IMG/VR virus record: IMGVR_UViG_3300044957_000729
DNA: 64,000 nucleotides
Direction: 5' to 3' (one strand)
DNA from: a virus
Shown here: piece by piece, positions 1 to 11,019 of the stretch
Numbering within the stretch: the first letter of the stretch is position 1
Layout: each line of letters begins with the position of its first letter
Notes under the pieces: generated by a model
What the model saw: only the letters and a program-made list of their open reading frames with translations
Database searches by the model: none
Told to the model about the DNA's origin: nothing
Translations under genes and position numbers: made by a program

Positions 1-1083
1 GTGCCTCCGATGAATCAGCTTAATATTCTTAAGTATATTTTAGGATTCGATGAAAACTTTATATACAAAAGATTTCCGGAAAGATCTGGATCTTTGTATG
101 CTAAATCAATTAAAAGAATAGTTCCTGTTAACAAATTTGTTGACCCTACTAATGTGTCTTTTATAGACAGGAATTTATTTGAGGTACCCTTGGAAAAAAA
201 TATGGGTATCAATTTCTTAAAACTTCCAGAGGGATATTTTGAGGTTAGATACCTAGGTGGAAAAGACTACCAGAAAAGATACACAGCACTAAAAGAAGTA
301 ATAGACTATATAATCACTTATACTGTAGACGTTTTAAGATTTAATACTGGATTCACAGAAAACGACTTAAAAGTGTTAAGAATGTTCTTAAATGAAATTT
401 ATAAGAACTCATCAACCTTTATAGATCCGGACACGTTCCAGAAAAATTATCCACATATGAATATCATGGTAGATCTTCGATCTGACCCTCAAATATTAAG
501 GTCCTTTTTTATTACAATAAGAGAGGTTCTTTATGATTTGATAGTGGAAAATAATATAAAGGAAGGACTTATAAATTATGATAGTTCATTAGGTAAATTT
601 CAGCTTAAGGATATAAAAACAACTAGGGCGTATCTTCTTAAGGATTATGATATTCTTGAGGGTGAAATAGCTGGTAATATATTAAATTGTAGGATGTTTA
701 CTTGCAAATTAAACGACTGTACAATAGAAGAATGTGATCTAATAACAAACAACGAAATAAATCGATCTAAGATAATGATTTCAGATCTTTATTTCACTAA
801 TAAAGTGCATGATAGTTATATTGACAATAAAGATAAGGAAATAAATTGTGAGGTATTTGGGGGAATAATAAGATCCGGATTTATTGGAAAATTGGCTAGT
901 ATATCACCAGAAACCGAAGTTGTTAATGACACAGAAGATGATAAGAAGTTGAAAGGAAGTTTGAAAAAGAAACAATTCCCTAATAGGAACGAAGGAGATA
1001 GCCCAGCACAGCCTGCTAGATTCTCTGATAATAATTCTAAGCCTTCTGGTATACCTGGAATAAATTCCAAATCAAATAATTAA
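1..1083 (+). CDS. 5'-truncated putative amidoligase-like protein with C-terminal low-complexity/beta-helix-like region
   Basis: ORF runs off the window start; KNMGINF...GYFEVRYLGGKDY resembles the C-terminal EFR motif of phage amidoligase (COOH-NH2 ligase) proteins. Confidence 0.45.
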   Translation: MPPMNQLNILKYILGFDENFIYKRFPERSGSLYAKSIKRIVPVNKFVDPTNVSFIDRNLFEVPLEKNMGINFLKLPEGYFEVRYLGGKDYQKRYTALKEVIDYIITYTVDVLRFNTGFTENDLKVLRMFLNEIYKNSSTFIDPDTFQKNYPHMNIMVDLRSDPQILRSFFITIREVLYDLIVENNIKEGLINYDSSLGKFQLKDIKTTRAYLLKDYDILEGEIAGNILNCRMFTCKLNDCTIEECDLITNNEINRSKIMISDLYFTNKVHDSYIDNKDKEINCEVFGGIIRSGFIGKLASISPETEVVNDTEDDKKLKGSLKKKQFPNRNEGDSPAQPARFSDNNSKPSGIPGINSKSNN

Positions 1084-1089
1084 ATAGCC

Positions 1090-1869
1090 ATGACCGAAGC
1101 AGATTTAATCCAGGAAATAAGAGATGACATCTCTCATTCCTGTGCCTTACCATATAACCTAAACGAGCAGGAGATAAAAAGAATTATAAAAAGGGCGAGA
1201 TCTTATTTTTATGATAACTATCAATATGCAGTAGAGGATAGAATATTTGTTTTGGGAAAAGAATTATTTTCTACCCAATCTTTTAGAGCTACTAGACAAA
1301 TACAAATGCCATCATGCGTTAGATCTATTTACGAGGTTAGGGAGGTAAACGGATCCGGTTTAATTGGTACACCCGATAAAGATTTTGGGGATTCTAAATT
1401 ATTAGGATCGGAACTTATGTTATCTCCGTTTGCAGGAGACAACTTGGTTTATAGAACAGTACTTTATTCTTTCTTTGATCTTGCTAAGGCATATTTGTTA
1501 GAAACATATGCTTTTAACTACAACAAGAACACAAAGAGGCTTACTATTCTTGGTAGAGATCCTAATAGAATATATCAAACAGATGGAGGAACTTCCACAA
1601 CGCAATTTACGGGTACTGATGTGGGCGTAAGAGCTTACATAGATATTTCAGAAGAAAGTCTATATGATGATGAGTTATTTGTTAGATACTGTCTTGCAGA
1701 AGCTAAGATTAACATTGGTAGATTGTTGGGAACATTTGAATATAATCTCCCAGGAGGGGTTAGAGTTAACTATAATAATATACAAACTCTAGGTACAACT
1801 GAAAAACAGGAAATTATCCAAATGATAAAAGACGAGAATACTCCTTCATACTTCTTGCAGTGGAATTAA
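1090..1869 (+). CDS. neck protein, T4 gp13-like
   Basis: C-terminal YNLPGGVRVNY motif typical of gp13 neck proteins; 259 aa; next to baseplate genes. Confidence 0.75.
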   Translation: MTEADLIQEIRDDISHSCALPYNLNEQEIKRIIKRARSYFYDNYQYAVEDRIFVLGKELFSTQSFRATRQIQMPSCVRSIYEVREVNGSGLIGTPDKDFGDSKLLGSELMLSPFAGDNLVYRTVLYSFFDLAKAYLLETYAFNYNKNTKRLTILGRDPNRIYQTDGGTSTTQFTGTDVGVRAYIDISEESLYDDELFVRYCLAEAKINIGRLLGTFEYNLPGGVRVNYNNIQTLGTTEKQEIIQMIKDENTPSYFLQWN

Positions 1870-1907
1870 TTTATTATGTTATTAATCCTTGGAATATATA
1901 GATCAAG

Positions 1908-2279
1908 ATGGCAAGATATTCCGAAATTTATCCAAGAAATCCTGACGACCCAAATTACAAAGAGGGGCTTTTACATACTGACGATGAGGTAGAGATTCTC
2001 ATAGGTATGATAAAAAACTGTATGTTAACTAGGCCTGGTGAAGTTCTTGGAGATCCTTATTTTGGGATAGACTTAGAAGGTCTTATTTTTGATCTAGAAG
2101 TGGATCAGAACACACTAACTAGAGCAGTAGATCTACACTTACTTACATACGTACCCTTAGCTTATTCCCTTTTTAATGTTGAATTTCAGGTGGGTTTTAT
2201 TAAAGGAGAAACTAGGGACGCTTGTGTTATAGATTTCGCAATAAAAGGAAATCCTATATTAGGAATTAAAATATTATAA
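1908..2279 (+). CDS. baseplate wedge protein, gp25-like
   Basis: IKNCMLTRPGEVLGDPYFGIDL matches the GPW/gp25 signature; 123 aa. Confidence 0.8.
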   Translation: MARYSEIYPRNPDDPNYKEGLLHTDDEVEILIGMIKNCMLTRPGEVLGDPYFGIDLEGLIFDLEVDQNTLTRAVDLHLLTYVPLAYSLFNVEFQVGFIKGETRDACVIDFAIKGNPILGIKIL

Positions 2280-2281
2280 AG

Positions 2282-3979
2282 ATGGATTTATTATCAAAAA
2301 ACAGAGCAAAGATATCGGATTTATTATCTCAAACATTTGAGCTAATTCAAGCAAGGTATGGAATGTCTAATCAGTTGTTCACAGTCGCTTCTGTGTGGGG
2401 ACAGATAATATTTGTATTAGACAACCTTTCCCAATTTGTCTTATTCTTTATAGAGGATTCGATAACGGAGTTAAATATAAACACGGCTACAAGGGAATCA
2501 TCAATATATGGACTGGCAACTTTAGCTGGACACAATCCCACCAGGAACATATCTGCTAAAGGAGAAGTTAGTATAAAATGGAATGGTAAAAATATAGAAG
2601 ATATAGGGGGGAGTGCAGTTCTTATACCTAGTAACGCTCAAATAAAATGTGTGAATAATGGTAAAATTTATCTACTTAAATTTCCACAAGAATATACAAG
2701 ATTAAACCTGGACAGCACTTCACAGTTATCCTGTTCAATAATGGAGGGCACGCTTGCAGTTAATCGATATACTGGAGGAGGAGGACTCCTTCAAAGTTTT
2801 AATATCTCATCTAGAGGTACTTCCGGTATAGAAAACTTTGAGGTTTATGTTAAAGTTAATGGGGTAGAATGGAAAAGATACGATTCCTTATATGATATAC
2901 CAAGAAACGGATTAGGGTACCTAGTAAAAAGTTCAATTATATCAGGTATTGATATTTTCTTTGGTAATAGAGATTTTGGATTACCCCCTGCTGCAGGAAC
3001 TGTGATAGAGGTTACTTATCTTGAATCTGCTGGAGCTAATGGTAATATAAATGTTGAAAATTCTTCTCAAGTTATATTTAATTTCGATTCAGAAGGTACT
3101 GATTTATTTGGAAACACTATTAGCCTATCTGAAGTTCTACAAGTTACATGTACTATTGCACCACAGATGGGGGCAAACCAAGAGTCTGTAGATTTAACAA
3201 GATTAATAGCTCCTAAGACATCTAGAAGTTTTGTTTTAGCCAACCCAACTAACTACATAACATTTTTTGAAAAATTTGGACAGTTTTCAATAATAGAGGC
3301 TTTCACAACATTTGATGACCAGTATATCGATGATGATAATGTCATATACTTAATACTGGTTCCAGATATCCAGCTAACACTAAAAAGTAACGAGACTTAT
3401 TTTGATATCCCTGTTTCTAGATTTAAATTAACACAGCCACAAAGAGATAGGATATACCAGCTTCTTGATGAAAGCGGACAAAAGATAGTTACCACCGAGG
3501 TTAAAATATTAGACCCCGTTATAAAAAGGTACGTCGTAAATATAGCATTAACAATGTTTGAAGGTAATGATCCTGACACATTAAAAACAACTATAACAAA
3601 CACCCTCAGCGACTATTTCCTTAATATCAGAAGGAGAGATAAAATACCTAAGTCCGATTTAATTGCCGCTGTTGAAGAAATAGAAGGAGTTGATTCGGTT
3701 TTTCTTTACTTTGTTGGCGAAGAAAACGAAGCTGCTAAGGCACAGAATCCTAATGCACCAGAGATAGGATTTGACGAATTTGGAGACATAATAATAGGCA
3801 AGGACGAAATAGTTGTTATATCTGGAGGATGGGACGACAGAAATGGTATATTCTACGATCTTGGAGCAGGTATGGAAACTCTCTCATCTATAAATATAGA
3901 CATAAGAGCGATTGTTCCTTATACATATAATTCAAGAGTAAATGGATTACTTAAGAGTTCTTTAAAAACAGGAAACTAA
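2282..3979 (+). CDS. baseplate wedge protein, gp6/baseplate J-like
   Basis: TATRESSIYGLATLAGHNP, IFFGNRDFGLPP and GANQES motifs of gp6-like wedge proteins; follows gp25. Confidence 0.8.
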   Translation: MDLLSKNRAKISDLLSQTFELIQARYGMSNQLFTVASVWGQIIFVLDNLSQFVLFFIEDSITELNINTATRESSIYGLATLAGHNPTRNISAKGEVSIKWNGKNIEDIGGSAVLIPSNAQIKCVNNGKIYLLKFPQEYTRLNLDSTSQLSCSIMEGTLAVNRYTGGGGLLQSFNISSRGTSGIENFEVYVKVNGVEWKRYDSLYDIPRNGLGYLVKSSIISGIDIFFGNRDFGLPPAAGTVIEVTYLESAGANGNINVENSSQVIFNFDSEGTDLFGNTISLSEVLQVTCTIAPQMGANQESVDLTRLIAPKTSRSFVLANPTNYITFFEKFGQFSIIEAFTTFDDQYIDDDNVIYLILVPDIQLTLKSNETYFDIPVSRFKLTQPQRDRIYQLLDESGQKIVTTEVKILDPVIKRYVVNIALTMFEGNDPDTLKTTITNTLSDYFLNIRRRDKIPKSDLIAAVEEIEGVDSVFLYFVGEENEAAKAQNPNAPEIGFDEFGDIIIGKDEIVVISGGWDDRNGIFYDLGAGMETLSSINIDIRAIVPYTYNSRVNGLLKSSLKTGN

Positions 3980-3981
3980 AA

Positions 3982-4227
3982 ATGGAAAAACAAAGCTGGT
4001 ACGAATTTATAAAAACACAAAACGACCAAAGGTCTAATGTTGGTTTTGATTATGAGGGTAAGATATTCGAAAATACTTTATCTAATCCTATATTACAGGG
4101 GGACGCAAATAGAATGGATATACTAGCTAGTATTGAAAGGACAGTTTACTACTGGTTTGAAACTGCTAAGTATATAAAGAACCATGTTAATTATACAGTT
4201 TCTAAAAATAATAAATACGTAAGATAG
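3982..4227 (+). CDS. hypothetical protein (baseplate cluster)
   Basis: 81-aa ORF tightly coupled between structural genes. Confidence 0.6.
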   Translation: MEKQSWYEFIKTQNDQRSNVGFDYEGKIFENTLSNPILQGDANRMDILASIERTVYYWFETAKYIKNHVNYTVSKNNKYVR

Positions 4228-4228
4228 G

Positions 4229-7200
4229 ATGACTCTTCAAAATCTTTTATTCTTCGATAAAAAAGGCGACCAATACATTTTTAAATGGAACAGTACCAAT
4301 TGGGAAGGATCAGTTCTTTTTCCTATAGTTTCCGAGAAACTGTTTGAGGTACAGCACATCTTTATAATAGAAAAATTTTTAGATCTTTCAGCAGAAATAA
4401 AATATGGATTTCCACACTCTCATGGGACTAGTCCGGGAACACCCGTATGGAGAACAAGATGGGAATCTAATTATGATGGAAAAACTGATGTATCTAATAT
4501 CATATACACTTATGAATTAGGAGTTGATGGTGAACTAGATGCACCAGTGCTAGTTAAGACAAATAGTGTAGAATTTTATCCTGAAGTAGTACCAGGGGAC
4601 ACGGTAGATTCCCCAAGTGGTATAGTTGTTACTAGCGATATTAATGAGTCATCGATGCAAATTAATATAGCTTTAAATTCGGATACGGAAGGAATATATG
4701 ATCGAACTTTTATTCTGGAAGATTATACTGATCCTAATAATCCAGTTACCATTTTAAAGTTGGGATTTCACGGTGAGGTTGAGGGAGAAGATAGTAGACT
4801 TGCAGTCCTGCTAAGAAACTTCGGCAGGGAGTTTAATCAATCGGATGCTTTAATAGTAAGAGAGGGGGACATCAAAGAGCAGTTTCCTGATTACGAAATA
4901 ATTAATAATAAAAGAAAGGAGTTACTATTAACGGGTGAAAGTATATTCCCTTATCTCGGATCATACAAATCTCTATTTAACGCTATAAAGTTTTTTGGAT
5001 ATTATGATTTAAGAATCAAGGAGTACTGGCTTAATATAAAGAAAGATGAAGCAGACACACTAACTCCTCTTCAACAAAACCAAAAAATATTAAATGAATT
5101 AAGTATCCCTAATATAGAGGGACAAAGTAGATTGGAACTTATAAGTAGTTTGATTAAGGATGAAAACGAGGGAAAATTTAAACAAATAGAAATATACGGT
5201 AAAAGAAAGGATGGAACTTTTGGATTAAAAAAACAATTTGAACAATTATTTCCGTCTAAATCTTTTAAGAAGACTTCACTATTTGGACTTTTTTACGATA
5301 TAAATAGAGTAGTAGAAGACCAGGATGAAGATCAGTACGGATATCCTATAGTAGAAGATGCGTTTGCTTTTAGTCCGGAGGAAGTACTTATAAAGCTATT
5401 TGGATTAAAAGAAAGATTGAAGAGAGATTATCTACCACTTAACGCTAGGATAATTGATATAACTGGAGAGGGCGTATACTTTAATATCTACAAAACTAGA
5501 GGATGGACAGATCAATTAGACATAAGTGAGATAAAGGGCGGTATAAAAGTAGACTTCAGTGTGTTCCCTCAAGATGGATACATTGAAGATCTTAGACCTT
5601 TTTATATTAAACCTAATCAATCAGGCCTTTTGTACCCAGCAGTAAACGGAACAGAGGAGGGTATAAGTTATTATGGAAATACGGTAGACCCGTATTCTAA
5701 TTTTCAAGAATATTCTCTATCTGCAATTCCTGCTTTAGAAAGTGCAGTACAATCTTTTTACGATGATGTAAAAAACGGAACAATGCCTAAATTTTTAGGG
5801 GATGGTGACTATGATTATCCGGGGTATAAGTTATTTTCAAATGGCTCAGAACATGTGTTTCCTGCTGGATGTCCTCTAATAATTAAAAATAATACTTTTG
5901 TTCTACCTTGGGACGATGTGAGTGGAAGTTGGAATTCTTTTGATACAACAATAACTAGCACATCTTTACAGATAGCTAGTTACACTAGCACTACTTCTAA
6001 TAATCCCGGTACTCCTTTACAGACTGTTAACAGTACTACCACTTTTACTTTACCAACAACTTTTCCTTCCAGCGTAACAATTAATATAGGAGCAGGAAAT
6101 GACTGGTTTGATACCGCGTCTCCACAAGTTTTGTTTGTTAGAGTGGAATCTGTAAGTTCTCCTGGTAATCTGGTACTTGGATATTGTAGTGCAGGAGATT
6201 ATAACACACTGACAGGGGACCTTTATATTCAAATGATGTACACTAGGGGTTCTGGTGAATATTCAAACTGGAAAGTTACTCCTACTAATGTGGGATTTAG
6301 CACATACACTTTTGATTATTATGAAAATTTTATACATTCAAATGGATTTTATTCTTGGAATAGAATACCTTATCTAGATTTCTATGAAATTGAGTGGACT
6401 ATATACAAAGACGGCGATTCAAGCCCATATTTTTTCCAGATAAGAGGGGGTCTTCCTGAATTAGAAACCATAGTTCATTTTGTACCTTATGTTGGGAATT
6501 ACAATGTTAAGTGCAGAGTTTGGGACACTTTAAATTCTATTTCTTTAGGAATAAAAAGATCTATACTGAAAGTGGATCGAAGATCAATAGAGCTAAACAC
6601 CATCACTAGATTTAGAGAATCTGAAATATACAACTGGGATAATTCTCCTTTAAAATGGGAAAGCTATCCCTCACAATGGATTTTTCCAGTAGAGAATACG
6701 AATAAGATCCTGGATATTTCAGATGTAATAGAAAACTATCCAGAATACTCTAATAATTTTAATGAGGGCCAACAGTGTGAAGTTCTAAGCAAAATCCCAG
6801 AAGTAAAAGCAACAATAGAATTCGAAATAGGAGTTTCCCTGATCGATATTAATAATATTCTTAGCACTTATAATGGATCTGGATATTCTTTAGCTATAGT
6901 AACAACAAATATTCCTCACGGATATTCCTCTGGCGACACTGTGTGGATATATGATTCTACTGGAGCACCTTATGGACAATATCCAATAACAGTAACTGGT
7001 ACTACTACATTTGAGATACCAGAGATAGTTATCACTGCTATAACTGGTGGATATGTTTATGGATCTGGTAATATTAAAATTACCTCCGACTCAATATTAA
7101 TAGCGGATTGTAATTTTCAGGGGGATCTTAATGCTACTACGAGTTTAATTTATAGTACGATAAATTCTTCTCCGCTGAATCCTAAATACAAGGTTATAAA

Positions 7201-10200
7201 TCTAATAGATTCAACAACACCAGGATATAAAAAATTCACTCTTCAGGCCCCTAATAACAGCGGGAATTTATGGAACGGTAAAATTTTAAATGTACAAGTT
7301 ACTGGATCAATACTTACGTCATTAACATCTGGTGCTTTTTCTGGAGGTTCTAACGAGACTGAAGAATACTTAGAATATAATTTTACAAATCTTCCTAATA
7401 AAAATATAAGATTCTGGGGAACTAAGAGTCTTTCGTGGGATACTTTCGAAGATTTTCAGTTCGATAAAGCTTATGCCCATACATGGGATATGTACGATTA
7501 CCACAATGACTGGTTAGGTGGATTTAGTTTATATTCTTTACAATATGGAGACAGGGTTAGGGTAACTAAAGATTCATTGGGAATAGTATTTGGTGAAACC
7601 GATTCACCTGGCAATAACTATTTGGACTTAAGTGAAGCTGCTAGTCAATTAAAAAATTCAGTAGATGATAACATAAAAAGGTTCGACTACACAGTTAGAG
7701 GATTTTCTGAACTTCCTAATAATTTTTACCAAAACAATACTCCTATTTCTCCAGATCTTAGTACCAATCCAGGTCCTAAAAACATAACATCTAAATTCTA
7801 CAAAGTTCCTACATATTCTCCTATTCTTTTTCAACCTACCGGAATAGCTTGGGACGCTGATGGAGATATATGGGTTACTGGTGAGGATGTTATTAAATTC
7901 GACGGTGCCAACTATACAACTTATGATTCTTCCAATAGCGTTATGCCCGGAGTTTCTATTCTTACTAATTGTATAGAGATGGACAGGAATGATGTTAAGT
8001 GGATAGGAATAGAAAATAGCTTAACACCACTAGTTAAAATAAACGAGAAAGATCCGACAGATAGCTTTGCTTACTCTGTTAGTGACTTCGTTGATAATGG
8101 AGGAAACCCTGTTAGTCCTATAACAGCTTCTAGTATAAATGCAATAGAAATAAACCCACAAAGCGGAGATATATTTGCAGCATTTACTTGTAACTCATCT
8201 CCTTCTTTCGATGGACTTTTATTCTATGATTCTCATGCTAAATCATGGTCTCTTTACACAACATCTAATTCAGATATTCCTTCAGATAATATTAGGGATC
8301 TTAGATTAGAATACTACGGAATGAATAAATGGTACCTGTGGATAGCAACAGATGCTGGATTATCTAGATTTAACGGAATAGATTTTAAAAATTATACAAG
8401 CACTAATTCTGGATTACCCGATAACGATGTTTATTCGATAGAACTAGATAAATTGGATCACAAGTGGATCGGCACTGGATCAGCCCTAGCTTACTGGGAT
8501 CATATTAGATGGGCAGTATGGAATCCTTCTACAAATCCCGAATTATCCGCTGGTAAGTTTGGAAATATAGTTGAGACAGGCAATGCTAATATATGGTTTA
8601 CTATAGACCAAACAGCATCTCCAGGAGGGACTGAATTATACTTCTTCGATGGATATTTCTTTACTAAGGTTTTATATAGAAATGATGGAGTGTCTTTAAT
8701 AAATCCTTGTAATGTTTCTCATGGAAAAACACTACTCTCAGCTCCATGGAAAACTATTAAGAATGGAGAAACAACATATCCAAAAAATCTTCTCTTCGTT
8801 ACTGACAATGGAGAGATAGGAAAGCTTGATTATATTATACCACATATCCATGCAACATCTAAATCCGTAGGGACTAATGGATGGGATTTTGTTTACCATG
8901 ACACATCAACTCCATTACCTTCAGTAGAATACATTAATAACAGTGGAATTGGAACATCCCAATTAGGATTTAGCTTTATAGTTGGCCCTTTTAATGACAA
9001 TATCACACTGAACTCAGATTACACTAGACCTGACATGCCTAATGTTGACAGATACTCTTGGTATAAGCCTATTTGGCAGCGTTATAGCATCGATCGTCTT
9101 AAAGATCAGTTTCCATCTTTAAATATCGACGATGTCTTTTTATACGCTCCTCTACGAGATATTCTAAACGAAAAAGCAAACAAAGAACCCTATTGGAGAA
9201 ACTCACAGATTGAAAGAATAGCACAGAAGAAATCAAGGGATCTTTTTGAAAACTTTGAATGGGTTATAACTCTAGGAAACAGCAGTCCAGATCAGGGTGT
9301 AAAAGTCACAGTTGACAACGAGGGAGATATTATAGCAATCGGCGATTTTACTGGTACTATATTCATGGGTGAGGTTAATAATATTGGTACACAAGACATT
9401 TATTTAAACAGTCTAGATCAAGGAGTGTACATCGCTAAATATAATAAAGGAGGGGTTATTCAATGGGCAACATCTATATCTTCGACATCTCCACAAGGTC
9501 CTATTTATGCCAGATCCGTTATAACTGATTCTAATGGTAATATCTACGTTGCTTGTGACAATAATCTTACAGGATTTATTGAAATAAATAAATATGATTC
9601 CGATGGTATTTTATTAAATACAATTACTGTCACTGTTACTCCAGATCAATTCCTAGGTGATATAAAAGTAGACAAGTATGAAAATATTTATATCTGTGGA
9701 GCATTTGAGGGAACACTTACATTAGGTACATACACACTTACTTCTACCGGACAAGAATCTGCTTTCGTTGCAAAAATAGATCCTTCCTTAACATTTGTGT
9801 GGGCTAAACAACTCACCACTACAACATATTCTAAAGCTTATGAGCTAGCAGTTCTTAAGGAGGAATATCTATATCTAACCGGAGTTTTTGACACACAAAT
9901 TAATCTTGGTCCTATAACGCTAAACGGTATAGGGAATCATGATATGTTTGTCGCTAAATTTTATACAGGGGACGGAACATGCTTATGGGGGGATAGCTTT
10001 GCTTATGATGCTAGCACATCATTTGGGAACACCTCTATATGTATAGATCCTAAAGGTCATGTATTAGTTACCGGATCTTATGAGGGAACTATAGAAATAG
10101 AAAACCAGAAGATATCATCATTCCCAGGAACAACTGATATCTTTGTACTTAAACTTCTTTCCACTGGAAAATTAATTTGGTTAAAAATGTGTGGAGGTCA

Positions 10201-11002
10201 AGGAGGAGACACTGCTTACGATATAGAAAGTGACTCCGAGGAAAACGTTTATATAACAGGATCATATACTTCCCCCGCATATTTTTCACCGGAAGAAATA
10301 GAATCAAGAGGGGGTACGGACATATACCTCACAAAGTTTAATAAAGAAGGTCTGCTAGTAGACATAGTTACTGCCGGTGGAATCAATAACGATTCTGGAG
10401 CGGATCTTGTGTTAGACGCGGAAGAAAACATTTATATAACTGGATACTTTGAGGGTGAATCCGAATTTTCACCTTATGTTGTTCTTTCACCTCCGGGGGG
10501 TTCTTTAGATTCTTTCCTAGGTAAAATACCTAAACAAAGATTCCAGAGTGGGTTAAAGATAGGGAGCGTTCAATCTTGGCTAGGATCGCATTCTTGGTCT
10601 TGGAAGGAGGAAAAATTATATGATAGGGAGTTTGAAATTCCACTTGCCACTACTATATTTATAAATCCTATCGATTCATTAATCCCCGGTAAAAAGAATC
10701 ATATCTGGACTCTTATTGACACGGAGACTGAAGAAACAATAGTGAAGCTAAGAAGAACACCATACTTTATATGGACTTTCTTAAAACCTGGTTTCTATAC
10801 TATCTACTGTGAACTTCAAGATGCAAACGGAAATATCTACCAGACTGAACACGAAGGAAAGATAAGAGTAATAGATCACAAAGAAGCTTTCGCCGGGGAT
10901 TTAAAACCGGAAGTTGTAAATCCGGAAGACTACTTACTAAGATCCATCTATTATGATAGAAAAGAATTAGGATTCCCTCCTTATTATAAATTTGAGATTT
11001 AG
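4229..11002 (+). CDS. large baseplate/receptor-binding structural protein with beta-propeller repeats
   Basis: 2257 aa; N-terminal wedge-like segment (GSYKSLFNAIKFFGY); Reg_prop-like repeats (NSGLPDNDVYSIELDKLDHKWIGT) and SBBP-like repeats (DSEENVYITGSY); PKD-like segments. Confidence 0.65.
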   Translation: MTLQNLLFFDKKGDQYIFKWNSTNWEGSVLFPIVSEKLFEVQHIFIIEKFLDLSAEIKYGFPHSHGTSPGTPVWRTRWESNYDGKTDVSNIIYTYELGVDGELDAPVLVKTNSVEFYPEVVPGDTVDSPSGIVVTSDINESSMQINIALNSDTEGIYDRTFILEDYTDPNNPVTILKLGFHGEVEGEDSRLAVLLRNFGREFNQSDALIVREGDIKEQFPDYEIINNKRKELLLTGESIFPYLGSYKSLFNAIKFFGYYDLRIKEYWLNIKKDEADTLTPLQQNQKILNELSIPNIEGQSRLELISSLIKDENEGKFKQIEIYGKRKDGTFGLKKQFEQLFPSKSFKKTSLFGLFYDINRVVEDQDEDQYGYPIVEDAFAFSPEEVLIKLFGLKERLKRDYLPLNARIIDITGEGVYFNIYKTRGWTDQLDISEIKGGIKVDFSVFPQDGYIEDLRPFYIKPNQSGLLYPAVNGTEEGISYYGNTVDPYSNFQEYSLSAIPALESAVQSFYDDVKNGTMPKFLGDGDYDYPGYKLFSNGSEHVFPAGCPLIIKNNTFVLPWDDVSGSWNSFDTTITSTSLQIASYTSTTSNNPGTPLQTVNSTTTFTLPTTFPSSVTINIGAGNDWFDTASPQVLFVRVESVSSPGNLVLGYCSAGDYNTLTGDLYIQMMYTRGSGEYSNWKVTPTNVGFSTYTFDYYENFIHSNGFYSWNRIPYLDFYEIEWTIYKDGDSSPYFFQIRGGLPELETIVHFVPYVGNYNVKCRVWDTLNSISLGIKRSILKVDRRSIELNTITRFRESEIYNWDNSPLKWESYPSQWIFPVENTNKILDISDVIENYPEYSNNFNEGQQCEVLSKIPEVKATIEFEIGVSLIDINNILSTYNGSGYSLAIVTTNIPHGYSSGDTVWIYDSTGAPYGQYPITVTGTTTFEIPEIVITAITGGYVYGSGNIKITSDSILIADCNFQGDLNATTSLIYSTINSSPLNPKYKVINLIDSTTPGYKKFTLQAPNNSGNLWNGKILNVQVTGSILTSLTSGAFSGGSNETEEYLEYNFTNLPNKNIRFWGTKSLSWDTFEDFQFDKAYAHTWDMYDYHNDWLGGFSLYSLQYGDRVRVTKDSLGIVFGETDSPGNNYLDLSEAASQLKNSVDDNIKRFDYTVRGFSELPNNFYQNNTPISPDLSTNPGPKNITSKFYKVPTYSPILFQPTGIAWDADGDIWVTGEDVIKFDGANYTTYDSSNSVMPGVSILTNCIEMDRNDVKWIGIENSLTPLVKINEKDPTDSFAYSVSDFVDNGGNPVSPITASSINAIEINPQSGDIFAAFTCNSSPSFDGLLFYDSHAKSWSLYTTSNSDIPSDNIRDLRLEYYGMNKWYLWIATDAGLSRFNGIDFKNYTSTNSGLPDNDVYSIELDKLDHKWIGTGSALAYWDHIRWAVWNPSTNPELSAGKFGNIVETGNANIWFTIDQTASPGGTELYFFDGYFFTKVLYRNDGVSLINPCNVSHGKTLLSAPWKTIKNGETTYPKNLLFVTDNGEIGKLDYIIPHIHATSKSVGTNGWDFVYHDTSTPLPSVEYINNSGIGTSQLGFSFIVGPFNDNITLNSDYTRPDMPNVDRYSWYKPIWQRYSIDRLKDQFPSLNIDDVFLYAPLRDILNEKANKEPYWRNSQIERIAQKKSRDLFENFEWVITLGNSSPDQGVKVTVDNEGDIIAIGDFTGTIFMGEVNNIGTQDIYLNSLDQGVYIAKYNKGGVIQWATSISSTSPQGPIYARSVITDSNGNIYVACDNNLTGFIEINKYDSDGILLNTITVTVTPDQFLGDIKVDKYENIYICGAFEGTLTLGTYTLTSTGQESAFVAKIDPSLTFVWAKQLTTTTYSKAYELAVLKEEYLYLTGVFDTQINLGPITLNGIGNHDMFVAKFYTGDGTCLWGDSFAYDASTSFGNTSICIDPKGHVLVTGSYEGTIEIENQKISSFPGTTDIFVLKLLSTGKLIWLKMCGGQGGDTAYDIESDSEENVYITGSYTSPAYFSPEEIESRGGTDIYLTKFNKEGLLVDIVTAGGINNDSGADLVLDAEENIYITGYFEGESEFSPYVVLSPPGGSLDSFLGKIPKQRFQSGLKIGSVQSWLGSHSWSWKEEKLYDREFEIPLATTIFINPIDSLIPGKKNHIWTLIDTETEETIVKLRRTPYFIWTFLKPGFYTIYCELQDANGNIYQTEHEGKIRVIDHKEAFAGDLKPEVVNPEDYLLRSIYYDRKELGFPPYYKFEI

Positions 11003-11019
11003 TCTAGAGGGAATTTAAT

